DNA of 64,000 bases from a virus (Duplodnaviria; Caudoviricetes): IMG/VR virus record IMGVR_UViG_3300006092_000329, positions 1,339 to 65,338 of that record; one strand, written 5' to 3'. Positions 8,348-17,920 of this stretch are shown in pieces. Below the pieces are notes generated by a model, which ran no database searches, was not told the DNA's origin, and saw nothing but the letters and a program-made list of their open reading frames with translations. Made by a program: the position numbers and the translations under genes. The number at the start of each line of letters is the position of its first letter. Position 1 is the first letter of the stretch.

Positions 8348-10857
8348 CAGGACACCGCCTTGACTGCCGCCCCCGATCCGGGGTTGCGGCTCCACAGCTT
8401 GAAGTTCGACTTCGTGCCGAAGGTGTTTCCAGCCGACCCGTTGCCACCGATCATCAGGTTGCCACCCGTCACACCGAGCGACCCATCGAACGACTGGTTC
8501 ACGCCGCCGACGCGCCCGTTCGTGACGAGTGACAGATTCGCTCCAGCACCGGAACCCCACGTCAACATTCCTCGCGTCGGCGTGTTGGCGGCAATGTTTG
8601 CGCCGCTCGCGCCAAAGAACGTCGTCGAGTCATACGCGCTGAAAGCGCCGCTGCCACCAATGAAGCTGTACAGGCCGGAGAACCCGGACTGGATAGCGAA
8701 GTACGAGTTCGGCGCGGCGATGTCCACCTGAAAATCGATGGCCGACGCCCCTTGACTCGGATCGAAGTTCGGGTGCGGAGCCGAGAGTGAGTCGAGGTTC
8801 CGAGTGGCCGTCGCCCCCGACGTTGGAATCCACGTCGATGCACCGCCAATCGTGAGCGCCTGTTCGAGTTGCGCAGGCCCGACGCGGATCGTGAAGTCCA
8901 GTGCCACAGCAGGAATGCCGCTGCAATACAGAAGCGGGGACGCAATCTGATTCGTGCCTGCTGCCGGTGTGGTGATGTTGCCGCCAATGCGGTTGTCGAT
9001 CAACCTTCCGGAGCTCGGCATTCCTCCGGAGTAGTGCTGGTTCGTGGACACGTAGGTGCCGGTGAGCGAGTTGTCGGAGTAGATCGCCCAATTGGCCCAT
9101 CCGGGGTTCACCCCGAGAACCTGCTTCGTGTACACGGACTGGTTCCAGATTTCACTGGAGCCTGCGGCGTTTTGCACCAAGTCCTGATAGATGCGAATCT
9201 CCGCCCCGGCTACCGCATTCGTGCCGTTGAAGCGGATGTCCATGTACGGCATGCCGTTCTCGACACCGAACGACAGCGTGCGAGTCACCCCCGTCATCGT
9301 GGTAGATACCTGCCACCCTGTCGGCACAGTGCCGGGAGAGCCTGCCACACCCCCGAGCATGGCGCTGTTGCGGTTGGTGTTCGTCCTCGTGCCCTCGTCC
9401 AGATACCCGGTAGCAGGGCTTTGCGGGATGGATGCGTAGGTGCCAGCGTCGGCGAAGCCCGCTGCGGTGCCGGTCGTCTTCACGTAGGCATCGGAAACGC
9501 CGAGTGACTTCGGCCTGAGCGAAGCTCCAGTGAACAGGTAGTAGCTCTTGCCGTCTCCGGTATACGCGCCGCCAGAGCCGCTTGAGCGGCAGTACACCCC
9601 CGCCCACAACTGCTGCGACTGAGGGTCGCACACGAACGTGACCGAGGTCGTGACGAGCCACCACCCATTGCCGCCCGACACCATGGTCGCGGCAGCAGAA
9701 GCGTTCGACCCCGCATGAACGACGGCAGTGCCAGCGATGAGGTCCACGTCAACGGCGAAGCCGTACCCGAGGCTGAACGAGGCATCCATGAGCGACATCT
9801 GCACCGTGGTCATGGTCCCCGCCTTCATCCACAGGGACCATGAGTAGCTCTTGGCGTCGTCCACATTCACCGTGATGGCGTTGTGGAACCACCGATGCTT
9901 CGTCGTCGTGCTGTCCTCGGTGAACTTGTACACGCTGCCAGCGGCGAAGCCGGGAGGCGGAGCCTCGTTCGGCATGTTCACCACTTCGGTCGGATTCGAG
10001 TATGGGGCGGTGTTGAAGTTCTCCGACTGGAGAATCATGTTGCACGTGTACTGCTTCACCGAACGGAGGTACTGGACCCCATCGGCATACGCCCCGTGAT
10101 AGTAGGGTCCGGACACCACTCCGTTGCTGATGTAGTCTGACGGAGCGAAGCACGCCTTGTTCGTGACCTCCTCGGTCATCGGGTGCCAGATCGATACATC
10201 GATCACCTGATCCGTGCCGAACCCTCCTGCGGTCCACAGAACGAAATGCCCCGGATTTGATGTGGTCTTGCTGCGGTTCGTGGTCCACACCCTGCGCCAC
10301 TGTGGTGTGGCAACGATGTTCGTTGTGCCGCCCGCCCAATTGTCGATGGCAAGGTTTTGATTCGCCCCGGTGTTGCTCTTGATCCAGACAGAGTTCATCT
10401 GCCTCGACCCGAGCGGGCGAGTGAAGATGCCAGCGTTGATGACGCCGGAGTAGTCTGAGCCGGTATTGCCAGCACCCTTGTTGAGTTGGATGCGGCATGC
10501 CGTGTTCGTGCCGTCCGGTGCCGTGGTGTAGTTCGGGGTCTTCACCATGGCGCTGCCGGTGCCGGAAGCGGTTGAGGCCCAATTCGCCGAGGCGAAGTTC
10601 TCCGTCCGCGTGCAGAAGTTCTGGATGCGGTTCTGCCCACGGAACCGCATCTCGTTACTGAGCGGATACACGATCCGCCCCTCGAAGTCAGTCACCGTGG
10701 CGGCGGACCCGCGATTGAAGGACGGGGCCATGTCCGTGTACTTGGGGTACGACGGGAAGATGCTTTCCTTCAGGGGCCAATCGACGATCAGCCCCGGATA
10801 CGGCCCGTCGCTCATGTGCGGGATCGCGGGCTGACCCACTCCAACGCGCAGGGCCAT
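8347..10857 (-). CDS. Head spike/head fibre-like protein with repeated carbohydrate-binding-like domains
   Basis: 836 aa; SFNRGSAATVTDFEG start motif; repeated N-x-x-x-x-S/TEN-F domain starts; GYLDEGTRTN; LamG-like C-terminus. Confidence 0.65.
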   Translation of the reverse strand: MALRVGVGQPAIPHMSDGPYPGLIVDWPLKESIFPSYPKYTDMAPSFNRGSAATVTDFEGRIVYPLSNEMRFRGQNRIQNFCTRTENFASANWASTASGTGSAMVKTPNYTTAPDGTNTACRIQLNKGAGNTGSDYSGVINAGIFTRPLGSRQMNSVWIKSNTGANQNLAIDNWAGGTTNIVATPQWRRVWTTNRSKTTSNPGHFVLWTAGGFGTDQVIDVSIWHPMTEEVTNKACFAPSDYISNGVVSGPYYHGAYADGVQYLRSVKQYTCNMILQSENFNTAPYSNPTEVVNMPNEAPPPGFAAGSVYKFTEDSTTTKHRWFHNAITVNVDDAKSYSWSLWMKAGTMTTVQMSLMDASFSLGYGFAVDVDLIAGTAVVHAGSNASAAATMVSGGNGWWLVTTSVTFVCDPQSQQLWAGVYCRSSGSGGAYTGDGKSYYLFTGASLRPKSLGVSDAYVKTTGTAAGFADAGTYASIPQSPATGYLDEGTRTNTNRNSAMLGGVAGSPGTVPTGWQVSTTMTGVTRTLSFGVENGMPYMDIRFNGTNAVAGAEIRIYQDLVQNAAGSSEIWNQSVYTKQVLGVNPGWANWAIYSDNSLTGTYVSTNQHYSGGMPSSGRLIDNRIGGNITTPAAGTNQIASPLLYCSGIPAVALDFTIRVGPAQLEQALTIGGASTWIPTSGATATRNLDSLSAPHPNFDPSQGASAIDFQVDIAAPNSYFAIQSGFSGLYSFIGGSGAFSAYDSTTFFGASGANIAANTPTRGMLTWGSGAGANLSLVTNGRVGGVNQSFDGSLGVTGGNLMIGGNGSAGNTFGTKSNFKLWSRNPGSGAAVKAVS

Positions 10858-10859
10858 GC

Positions 10860-11204
10860 TTACATCCCCTCGCCAAGCACGAGGCGGCAGGTTCCGGATG
10901 CCGACTGGCCGATGACCGAGATGCCGGTCGCCCCCTGCGGCACACGGAACGAGTGGACCGAGTTCGCCGGGACTGGCAGGCCATTCGAGTAGGTGAGGGC
11001 CGGGACGTTCGCCGTGCTGAAGCAGAACGCCAGACCGGAGCCGCCATCAGCGAACACGTACACCGTGCTGCCGGGACCGGCCAGCATGCCCGATGGGAAG
11101 GCGAGGTACTGCGGCGATGCCGTCAGGCCGATGCTCGCCTGAAAGTCCGGGGTCGCGGCGGGTGCCACAAAGCCCCGATTCGGGGCGAACGCTTCGGTGC
11201 TCAT
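10860..11204 (-). CDS. Small beta-rich virion protein, possible spike base
   Basis: 114 aa ending LVLGEGM, between portal and spike genes; AAGGAG RBS. Confidence 0.5.
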   Translation of the reverse strand: MSTEAFAPNRGFVAPAATPDFQASIGLTASPQYLAFPSGMLAGPGSTVYVFADGGSGLAFCFSTANVPALTYSNGLPVPANSVHSFRVPQGATGISVIGQSASGTCRLVLGEGM

Positions 11205-11207
11205 GGG

Positions 11208-13592
11208 TTACTCCTTGGCTGACTTCTTCGATTGTTGAACCTGCTTGGTGAGGGCTTCGAGCTTCTTCTCGACCGTCGCCATCATCTTCTGCGCCGTCTC
11301 GTTGCGGTCCTTCTCCAGTTGCGCGACCTTCACGTCACGCGCCGCCTCGATCTCGGCGATCTCCTTCTGGATCATGGCGACCTCCCGCTCCGTGTCCGCC
11401 TTCGTGAGCACGGTGTCCGCCTGCTGGCGCACCTTCGCCATCTGCTCGCGGAGTTGCTGCTCACGCAGGGCGGAGGAGTTGCGCAGGGTCATGATCTCGA
11501 CGGTCATGCTGTCGATCTGCTCCTTCGCCTCCTCGCGTGCGTCGGCGATGGCCTTCTGCGCCTCGGCTTGATGGCCTGCCAGATCGGGGTTGCTCGCGGC
11601 CTCCGCCCTGATCTTCTCCGCCTCGGCGTTGATCTTGTTGACCTCCGCCTGCCGCTTCTGGAGTTCGGCGATTGCCATGGCCTTGTTGTACTGCTTCAAC
11701 TCCTCCTGCTCTTGCATGGCCTGCTGCATGGCCTGCGCCTCCTCGGGGGAGGAGGGTTCGACCTGTTGCCCGAGCGCCTTGCGGATCGCGTTCGCCATCT
11801 GCTTGCGCTGCTGCAAGTCGGACGCCTCCATCCAGTACGGGGCGATGGCGGCTTGCAGTTGCGGCGGCATGCCCTTCATGACCTCGGACAGCATGGTGAA
11901 CTGCTGCGCCCTGTAGGACGGCGAGGACGGCACATCCTCCAGAGCGACTCGCACCTTCGTGGATGCCACGTCGTTGACGATGATCTGCTGCCCGGTGGAG
12001 GGGTCGCGCATGACCGTGTTCAGGCTGATGGTCTTGCGCGTGCCGCTCATGTCCGTCTGGACCGTGACTTGCTGGCCGATCAAGTCCTGCCTGATCAGGG
12101 CCATGAGCTTCTCGCCGACTGCCCTACGGGCAAAGCGATAGTTGTCGTTGATCTCCGCCAGAGCGGCGGTGCCCTGCTCCACCAGAGACGCGATGGCCTG
12201 CCCGGACTGCCCGGACTTGCCCTCCCCGAGCATGGCTTGGAACACGCCCACGACCTCCTGAATGGAGTGCTTCGCCTCCATCAAGACCTCGAACTGCTCC
12301 TTCGCCATGCCGATGTTGTCATCGATCTGGAACCCGTCCTTGTTCTGGCGGGCCTTGTTCAGCATGATCGCCGCGTCCGGGCGACCGATCTCCTGCATGA
12401 CTGTGGCCCAATCGTTCAGTTGCAGATCGATGGCGTCACTGTCGGCAATCAGGCGTTTCGCCCCGAGGAGCCACATCATCTTCTGGCGGCGGGCGTTGAC
12501 CTCATCCTGCGGGCTGATCATCGAGCGGATCAGACCGTAGGGCACCCCGGTGCGGTCCTCGCGGTATCCCCAGAAGGGGACGTAGGGCGTGCCATCGTCG
12601 GAGCAGGCGCAGTCGTGAACCTTGTGCGGGCCTGCCCAGATGCTCATGCGCATCTTGGCGTACACGGCTTCGCTGACGCGGGCCGTGCCCATGGACAGGG
12701 CTTGCATGTGCAGGGGGTTGCGCGGGTTCAGTTCCGCCACATCGCCATTGATGAACGAGATGACGTTGCCCCGCTGCCAGCGGCGATACCAGACCTCGTA
12801 GAAGCAAATGCGCCTGCGGTCCATCTGACGCCACTGCTCGAAGTCCTCGATGTCCAAGCCCCGCTCGAACTCGAAGGACTGGTTCAGGGTCGTGCCCATC
12901 ACGGAGCGGCGCAGGGCGTAGCGGTACGGATCACCCACGGCATCGCGCAGGATGTCTTGATGATCGGGGAAGTATGCCGCGCCTTGATCCACGTCATACC
13001 ACCGCTTGCGCAGGAGGAAGCGCGACTTCTTCAGGTCGGGGGACTGATCGCGCCAGTCCCAATAGACCTCGCGGCGATGGATCGACTCGACACGGTACGG
13101 GTACTCGAAGGGGTTCGCGCTCCGGCTGACCTCGACCCATCCCATCCCGGCCTTGATCTGCCCCGCGTAGCCGTCCGCGCACGCCCTGTCCGCACGCGAC
13201 TGCCGCTCCGTCTCGATCATCTTCGCCGAGAGTGCCTCCGCGACCGGCTGATTCTGCTGGTCGTCGGCAGTCACGCGCCAGTCCGTGCGAGTCTTGGCCT
13301 CCATCCCGAGGACCACATTGATGACCGGGGCGATCACATTGTTGATCAGCGGCCCCATGCCCTTGTTCTCCAGCAGGGCGAGGGTCTCGGCGTCAAGCTG
13401 ATTGCCGTCGTAGTAATCGACGGCCTTGTCCGCCTCATTGCGCCATGAGGGTTGCCAGCGAAGCTCGCTCAGGTAGTTGTGGAACTCCTGCGGCTGGAGA
13501 GTGAGAGGGTCTCCGTAGAGTCCCTGTGTCTGACGCTGAATGCGCGAGATCGCCGAGTCGTCATACACCATGAAGTCTTGCGGGCTACCCAT
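11208..13592 (-). CDS. Portal protein (P22/Bcep22-like)
   Basis: 794 aa; DYYDGNQL, NVVLGMEAKTRTDWRV, QDEVNARRQK motifs; long C-terminal coiled-coil barrel. Confidence 0.9.
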   Translation of the reverse strand: MGSPQDFMVYDDSAISRIQRQTQGLYGDPLTLQPQEFHNYLSELRWQPSWRNEADKAVDYYDGNQLDAETLALLENKGMGPLINNVIAPVINVVLGMEAKTRTDWRVTADDQQNQPVAEALSAKMIETERQSRADRACADGYAGQIKAGMGWVEVSRSANPFEYPYRVESIHRREVYWDWRDQSPDLKKSRFLLRKRWYDVDQGAAYFPDHQDILRDAVGDPYRYALRRSVMGTTLNQSFEFERGLDIEDFEQWRQMDRRRICFYEVWYRRWQRGNVISFINGDVAELNPRNPLHMQALSMGTARVSEAVYAKMRMSIWAGPHKVHDCACSDDGTPYVPFWGYREDRTGVPYGLIRSMISPQDEVNARRQKMMWLLGAKRLIADSDAIDLQLNDWATVMQEIGRPDAAIMLNKARQNKDGFQIDDNIGMAKEQFEVLMEAKHSIQEVVGVFQAMLGEGKSGQSGQAIASLVEQGTAALAEINDNYRFARRAVGEKLMALIRQDLIGQQVTVQTDMSGTRKTISLNTVMRDPSTGQQIIVNDVASTKVRVALEDVPSSPSYRAQQFTMLSEVMKGMPPQLQAAIAPYWMEASDLQQRKQMANAIRKALGQQVEPSSPEEAQAMQQAMQEQEELKQYNKAMAIAELQKRQAEVNKINAEAEKIRAEAASNPDLAGHQAEAQKAIADAREEAKEQIDSMTVEIMTLRNSSALREQQLREQMAKVRQQADTVLTKADTEREVAMIQKEIAEIEAARDVKVAQLEKDRNETAQKMMATVEKKLEALTKQVQQSKKSAKE

Positions 13593-13628
13593 GGGCGCGG
13601 TCTTCCTGCTCGGTGAAGGGTTTCGCCA

Positions 13629-13657
13629 ACTCTACGCCCATGCGCCCGCAAAAGCCA
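13629..13657 (-). promoter_or_regulatory. Possible late promoter upstream of portal
   Basis: GCGTAGAGT -10-like element shared with two other sites; -35 poor (TGGCTT). Confidence 0.3.
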
Positions 13658-13788
13658 GCATGCTCAGAATTGCTCATCAGCACCGGAACCGCCGAAGTCG
13701 CCGCCGCCGCCCGAAACCATGGGCGAAGGATCACGCGGGGTTTCCACGGGGCGCTCGTCATCCGCTCTGGCTGACATGGCAGCGCCCA

Positions 13789-14037
13789 TCAGGCCGATGC
13801 CGACCACCCCGGCAGCGATGCCGAAAGCGGCATGCCAGCGCCAAGGGGCATGGCCGCGAGGCTTGCCGCCATGCGGCGATTCTTCTCGTCCTGCGACTCC
13901 CCGTCCTCCGGCTCAAGGTTGCAGGAGTCGCACCGGCTCTCGTGCCCGTTTGCCCACCCGAAGGCATAGGCGCAGATCAGCGCCAGCACGGCGCACACGA
14001 GAAGGGTCAATGCCTCGGGATTGGTGAGCGTAATCAT
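13789..14037 (-). CDS. Small membrane protein
   Basis: 82 aa, N-terminal hydrophobic helix, GAGGAG RBS. Confidence 0.6.
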   Translation of the reverse strand: MITLTNPEALTLLVCAVLALICAYAFGWANGHESRCDSCNLEPEDGESQDEKNRRMAASLAAMPLGAGMPLSASLPGWSASA

Positions 14038-14041
14038 GGGG

Positions 14042-14305
14042 TTACTCCTCTCTGGGGAATGGGAAGGATGGCTTCTGCGTGCGGTCCAGAGGATCGGGCT
14101 GCTTCCAGAACGTCCGGGGTCCGCCCATCAGTCCAGCATGGCACGAGATGATCGAGGCTGCGGGCACGGTGCGACAGGCGATCTCCAGAGCGAGCGGCAT
14201 GGTCTCCGCGTACACGGTCAAGTCCTCCGCGATCCCTTCCGGCAGGACGGCATGCGTCACGTTGACGGGGCGCAGGACCGTGATCCGATACTCGGTGAGC
14301 CTCAT
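14042..14305 (-). CDS. Hypothetical protein
   Basis: 87 aa, AAGGAG RBS upstream. Confidence 0.55.
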   Translation of the reverse strand: MRLTEYRITVLRPVNVTHAVLPEGIAEDLTVYAETMPLALEIACRTVPAASIISCHAGLMGGPRTFWKQPDPLDRTQKPSFPFPREE

Positions 14306-14440
14306 TGGTACATCTCCTTGCTGAACAGGTTGGGGTGGCGCTTGACCGTCTCTCCAGCGATGGTGGCTCCAGCCTTGCGCAGCCCGTCGATCCGATGAAT
14401 TCGTCGCCAGTGTCGGGCGGATCGCCTGTGTGCCATTCGA

Positions 14441-14821
14441 TCACGCTCCCTCCTTGCGGGCGGCGTCGCCATCCATAACTTTGACGATGTTAGTCATGCC
14501 CGGATACTTCGCCTCTGCAAACATGCGGCGCATCTCTTTCCACTTTGCGACCCATTCATCCCGCTCCGCCGTCACGCGGGCGAGGTCGGCTTCGAGGGCG
14601 GCGATGCGTTGCAGGTCAAGCGCACGCAATGCGCCGAGTTCCGACAATTGTTTGCGAAGTTCCTCGACAAGCGATTCGTTTGGCTGCCCGACAATGAGCG
14701 TTTGCTCTGCTCGCTTGGGAATGGACTCGAAAAACGCTTTTCGCTCTGCTTCGTACTTTTCCCGTTTCGCACGTTGCTCGGCGGTTTCAAACATGCTGTT
14801 CATGCTGTTGATTGAGGCCAT
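14441..14821 (-). CDS. Hypothetical coiled-coil protein
   Basis: 126 aa from ATG 14821 (GGGGAG RBS); visibly more AT-rich than flanks. Confidence 0.5.
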   Translation of the reverse strand: MASINSMNSMFETAEQRAKREKYEAERKAFFESIPKRAEQTLIVGQPNESLVEELRKQLSELGALRALDLQRIAALEADLARVTAERDEWVAKWKEMRRMFAEAKYPGMTNIVKVMDGDAARKEGA

Positions 14822-14999
14822 CACTCCCCCTCCGCCAGAGCGGCGCAGAGCCATTCCTGCGTGCGCTCCGGGTGCGCCGAGAGCCAAGCCAGATGATGCG
14901 ACTGAAGGGATGATTTGTTGCGCTGCATCACAAAATGTCACATTTCTCTGGTCTCAGCACCGTGTTTTTCGATACCGTTTGCTGCGTTGCACCACAGAA

Positions 15000-16487
15000 T
15001 CAGGCCGCTCGCCATGAGGCGCGGGTGCGGCCACGGATGGCGGCTACCTGATTCGAGGGTGCCAGAGCGGCGAAGCGGCGCATCATCCAGCCGTAGCGCG
15101 AGGAGTCGAGGTAGTCGTCCATCTCCTTGACGATGATCCCGTCCTTGCGGTGATACAGGCGGAACTCCTCGATCCATGGGCCACAGGTCGAGAAGACCTT
15201 GAAAGTCCCTCCGATCATCGAGGCGAGCATCTGACCCACTGAGCCTTCGAGACTCACGCGGCTGGTGGGCGTGTTCTCCGCCTTGCCTCCGGGGTTCTCC
15301 GGCAGCGTGGCGTGCTCCGCCAGCATGTTGATGCCTTCGTCCCGGTATTGCTTCGCCAGAGCAGGGCCAGCGGCGGTCTCGTTGTTGCCATCCTTGGGCC
15401 ATGCGACGGGAATCCAGTCGCCCTTCGCCCTGATCGCGCTCGCGTGTACGGCGACTGGTTGCCGCTTCGCTCCGTGAGTCGCATAGAGGTACGTGGTGTC
15501 GGTGTCTCTGTCGAGAGCCAACCACGAGACGGCGGTCGGGTGATCGAATCCGAAGTCGATTCCAGCCAGTCGCGGCCAGTGCGCGGGCAACTCGAACGGC
15601 TGGACTGCGATCTGCTGCTCCGGAATGGGAAACACAGCACCAGAGCCAAGCACCGGAATCCCTCTCGCCTTCGCGTCCCTCAAGTGCTCCGGATAGCTCT
15701 CCTCGATCTCCTTCCTGCGCTCCTCCGAGTAGTGCTCCGCGTCCTCAAGCGTCATCGAGACGATGATGGTTCCGACCTTCTTGTCCACCATGAACCGCTT
15801 GACCACAAGGCTCATGCCTTGGAGCGGGGTGAACGTCATCAGCATGATGGCGTCTTCCTTGGCCTGAAGACGGGTCAGGAACTCGATGTACACATCCTCG
15901 GGCGGCTCCTCGTCGCACCAGCCGAAGTCGAGGGTTTCGCCTTGGAACTTCTCCCGGCCTTGGTTGTAGTTCTTGAACTGGAGGATCGACTCTCCGCTCT
16001 GGATGTCTCCTCCTCCGCCATGGCGCACGATCAGCGTGTCCACTCCATCGGCGACGGAGCGGTTCAGGGTCGGTTGCTCGGCGAAGGCATTCTTCGGGAT
16101 CATCCCGGTGCCCCAAGCGTTCGGACGCCCCAAAAGGATGCGCTGAGGGTTGTCCCGAGTCGCTTCCGCAGTCACGCCAGCGGCCCATCCGGCTACAGGA
16201 CGGTCGAAGACCCTGCCCTTCCACCAGTTCGGGTAGCGCCCGGTCAGGTGCATGGCTACCTCAGCGCCCGCAGCCACGGTCTTCCCGACCTGATTCGCGG
16301 CCATGAGCAGGCGCTCACGGTACTCTGTTCCGAGGCGATGGAACTCGATCTGCTTCCGGTAGGGCTGATAGGTCGCCAGCCCGGATTCCCTGAGCCGCTT
16401 CTCGAAGCCAGCCCGAAGGGCTTTCAACTCATCCCGGTTGAGCTTTTCGAGGTACTCTCGGGCGGCGGATAGGTCGATGACACTCAT
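15000..16487 (-). CDS. terL: Terminase large subunit
   Basis: Walker A AANQVGKT, Walker B WCDEEP, RNase H-like nuclease GIDFGFDHPTA and DDYLDSSRY. Confidence 0.95.
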   Translation of the reverse strand: MSVIDLSAAREYLEKLNRDELKALRAGFEKRLRESGLATYQPYRKQIEFHRLGTEYRERLLMAANQVGKTVAAGAEVAMHLTGRYPNWWKGRVFDRPVAGWAAGVTAEATRDNPQRILLGRPNAWGTGMIPKNAFAEQPTLNRSVADGVDTLIVRHGGGGDIQSGESILQFKNYNQGREKFQGETLDFGWCDEEPPEDVYIEFLTRLQAKEDAIMLMTFTPLQGMSLVVKRFMVDKKVGTIIVSMTLEDAEHYSEERRKEIEESYPEHLRDAKARGIPVLGSGAVFPIPEQQIAVQPFELPAHWPRLAGIDFGFDHPTAVSWLALDRDTDTTYLYATHGAKRQPVAVHASAIRAKGDWIPVAWPKDGNNETAAGPALAKQYRDEGINMLAEHATLPENPGGKAENTPTSRVSLEGSVGQMLASMIGGTFKVFSTCGPWIEEFRLYHRKDGIIVKEMDDYLDSSRYGWMMRRFAALAPSNQVAAIRGRTRASWRAA

Positions 16488-16810
16488 TCGTCACCACGAA
16501 GGGCGGTGTACCAGACATTCTCGGGGTGAATGACCATGGCATATGCGCCATCATCATCGATCCAGCAGGGCGATACCTCGTGGCCTTTCACGGCATCCCG
16601 GCAGCGATCCAGCATGGCAAGGGTCATGACGCCTTCCGGGCCGTCTCCGTTGCCCCGGTGAATCCTGATCCCTTCCCAGACTCCCAACTCCCCACGCAGC
16701 AGGCCATCCGGGGCGCTGGCAGGGCTTGGCGGGGCCGGGAATACAGGCAGGGGCAGCTTCGCCGCGACCGCAGCCGCCAGCCCGCGCAGGAAAGCCCTGC
16801 GGTCCATCAT
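16484..16810 (-). CDS. Twin-arginine signal protein carrying capsid-like motifs
   Basis: 108 aa from ATG 16810 (ATGA overlap): MMDRRAFLRGLAAAVAA Tat motif; LLRGELGVWEGI resembles MCP LFRGEVGMWNGI. Confidence 0.65.
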   Translation of the reverse strand: MMDRRAFLRGLAAAVAAKLPLPVFPAPPSPASAPDGLLRGELGVWEGIRIHRGNGDGPEGVMTLAMLDRCRDAVKGHEVSPCWIDDDGAYAMVIHPENVWYTALRGDE

Positions 16811-17028
16811 TCGACCCTCCGGAACCATCCGGCATCCAGCCAGCGTTTGCCGACCAGAAACAGGTGCCCGGTCTGGCACTTCTCGTGCCTGATGCCCTCG
16901 ACCACGGCTACCTTGGGCATCCGGTTCACCGGGCGCTCGGTCTGATTCCAGAGCGGATCAGGGATCACCGTCTCGCCGACCTTGACGGTGGCGGCGGTCT
17001 CTCGGGTGAAATTGGCAGGGTTCTTCAC
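16807..17028 (-). CDS. Hypothetical protein
   Basis: 73 aa, translationally coupled on both sides. Confidence 0.6.
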   Translation of the reverse strand: MKNPANFTRETAATVKVGETVIPDPLWNQTERPVNRMPKVAVVEGIRHEKCQTGHLFLVGKRWLDAGWFRRVE

Positions 17029-17237
17029 GACTTCTCCAGCCTCTTTTTCAGTGCGGAAACCTCGAAATCGAACCGTTCGGCACGGTCCATTGCCGCCAGA
17101 ATGATCTGGTCTGCTTGATACACGGCGCTATCAGCACGACCCCTCGGGGCCGTTGACTTGCCGATTCGCACCACTTCAGCGGCGACAATCCGCGAGGCAA
17201 CCTCAATCCTGAGCCTCAGCAACTCGTCATCGGTCAT
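17025..17237 (-). CDS. Hypothetical helical protein
   Basis: 70 aa, 4-bp overlaps on both sides. Confidence 0.6.
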   Translation of the reverse strand: MTDDELLRLRIEVASRIVAAEVVRIGKSTAPRGRADSAVYQADQIILAAMDRAERFDFEVSALKKRLEKS

Positions 17238-17437
17238 TTTTCGATCCCCAGAACCACCCGCGTATGCTCCAGTTTTCGGAACAGGTCGGATTCCACCTTG
17301 CGCGCCAAGCCGTCCAGCACGAGGAAATAGGCGACTTCCCCGATGGTGTTGCCGTACAAGCCGGACTCGGCAAGGGCTTTCAGCAGGGCAAGCTGATGCC
17401 CCGTCATCTCGAACGAGATGCGCTTCGACTCACTCAC
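17234..17437 (-). CDS. Possible ribbon-helix-helix DNA-binding protein
   Basis: 67 aa; KRISFEM strand followed by two amphipathic helices. Confidence 0.45.
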   Translation of the reverse strand: MSESKRISFEMTGHQLALLKALAESGLYGNTIGEVAYFLVLDGLARKVESDLFRKLEHTRVVLGIEK

Positions 17438-17684
17438 GATTTTCCCTCAAGGGAGAAGTGAGCTTCTCCCTGATCAAGTAGGAAGTTGCCTCGAATGCCA
17501 AGGCGCTGTCAGGGTTGGTGCGCCTGATCTCCCGGCAGAGCCGTCCCACGAGTGCGGTCAGGTCTCTCTCGTGCGCCTCCAGCAAAGTCAACTGCTGGAG
17601 GATCGCGTCAGAGACCTTCAGGCGGCTGGCCCGGATGTCCGTGGCAACCATCCGGTTCAGCAGGGAGCGGATGTCATCGCTCAC
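17430..17684 (-). CDS. Hypothetical protein
   Basis: 84 aa from GTG 17684 (GTGA overlap). Confidence 0.5.
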   Translation of the reverse strand: MSDDIRSLLNRMVATDIRASRLKVSDAILQQLTLLEAHERDLTALVGRLCREIRRTNPDSALAFEATSYLIREKLTSPLRENRE

Positions 17685-17920
17685 AGGGAATGCCTCAGCC
17701 GGATGCCGTCGATGTCGGCGGCGACGTTGGGGTATCTGCGGACCAATTCGGCGAGCAAATCCTCGTGGCGATTCACCCTTGCCTGCCACTTCATCGCCTC
17801 TCGGAACATCTCCGTGCGCTGAATCCGGGCCGTGCCCAAGTCCACCGCCTCCTTCACGGCTTCGAGGTAAGCCTTTCCGAGCGGCGTAGCCACCCATTCG
17901 GTCTCAGCCGTTGAGGACAT
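17681..17920 (-). CDS. Hypothetical protein
   Basis: 79 aa from ATG 17920. Confidence 0.5.
   Translation of the reverse strand: MSSTAETEWVATPLGKAYLEAVKEAVDLGTARIQRTEMFREAMKWQARVNRHEDLLAELVRRYPNVAADIDGIRLRHSL

Noticed and set aside
1-11204. Diversity-generating retroelement acting on fibres
   Set aside because: No reverse transcriptase and no template/variable repeat pair noticed
11232-13448. 738-aa plus-strand ORF (also 5058-6407, 6423-7700, 49185-50855, 51414-53702, 54894-56576, 39461-40399, 29493-30707)
   Set aside because: Antisense shadows of real genes caused by high GC3 codon bias; no RBS or motifs, and Leu/Arg/Val/Gly-rich composition
14921-14945. CRP-like site (TCACA twice)
   Set aside because: Direct repeat with 5-nt spacing, not the TGTGA-N6-TCACA inverted consensus
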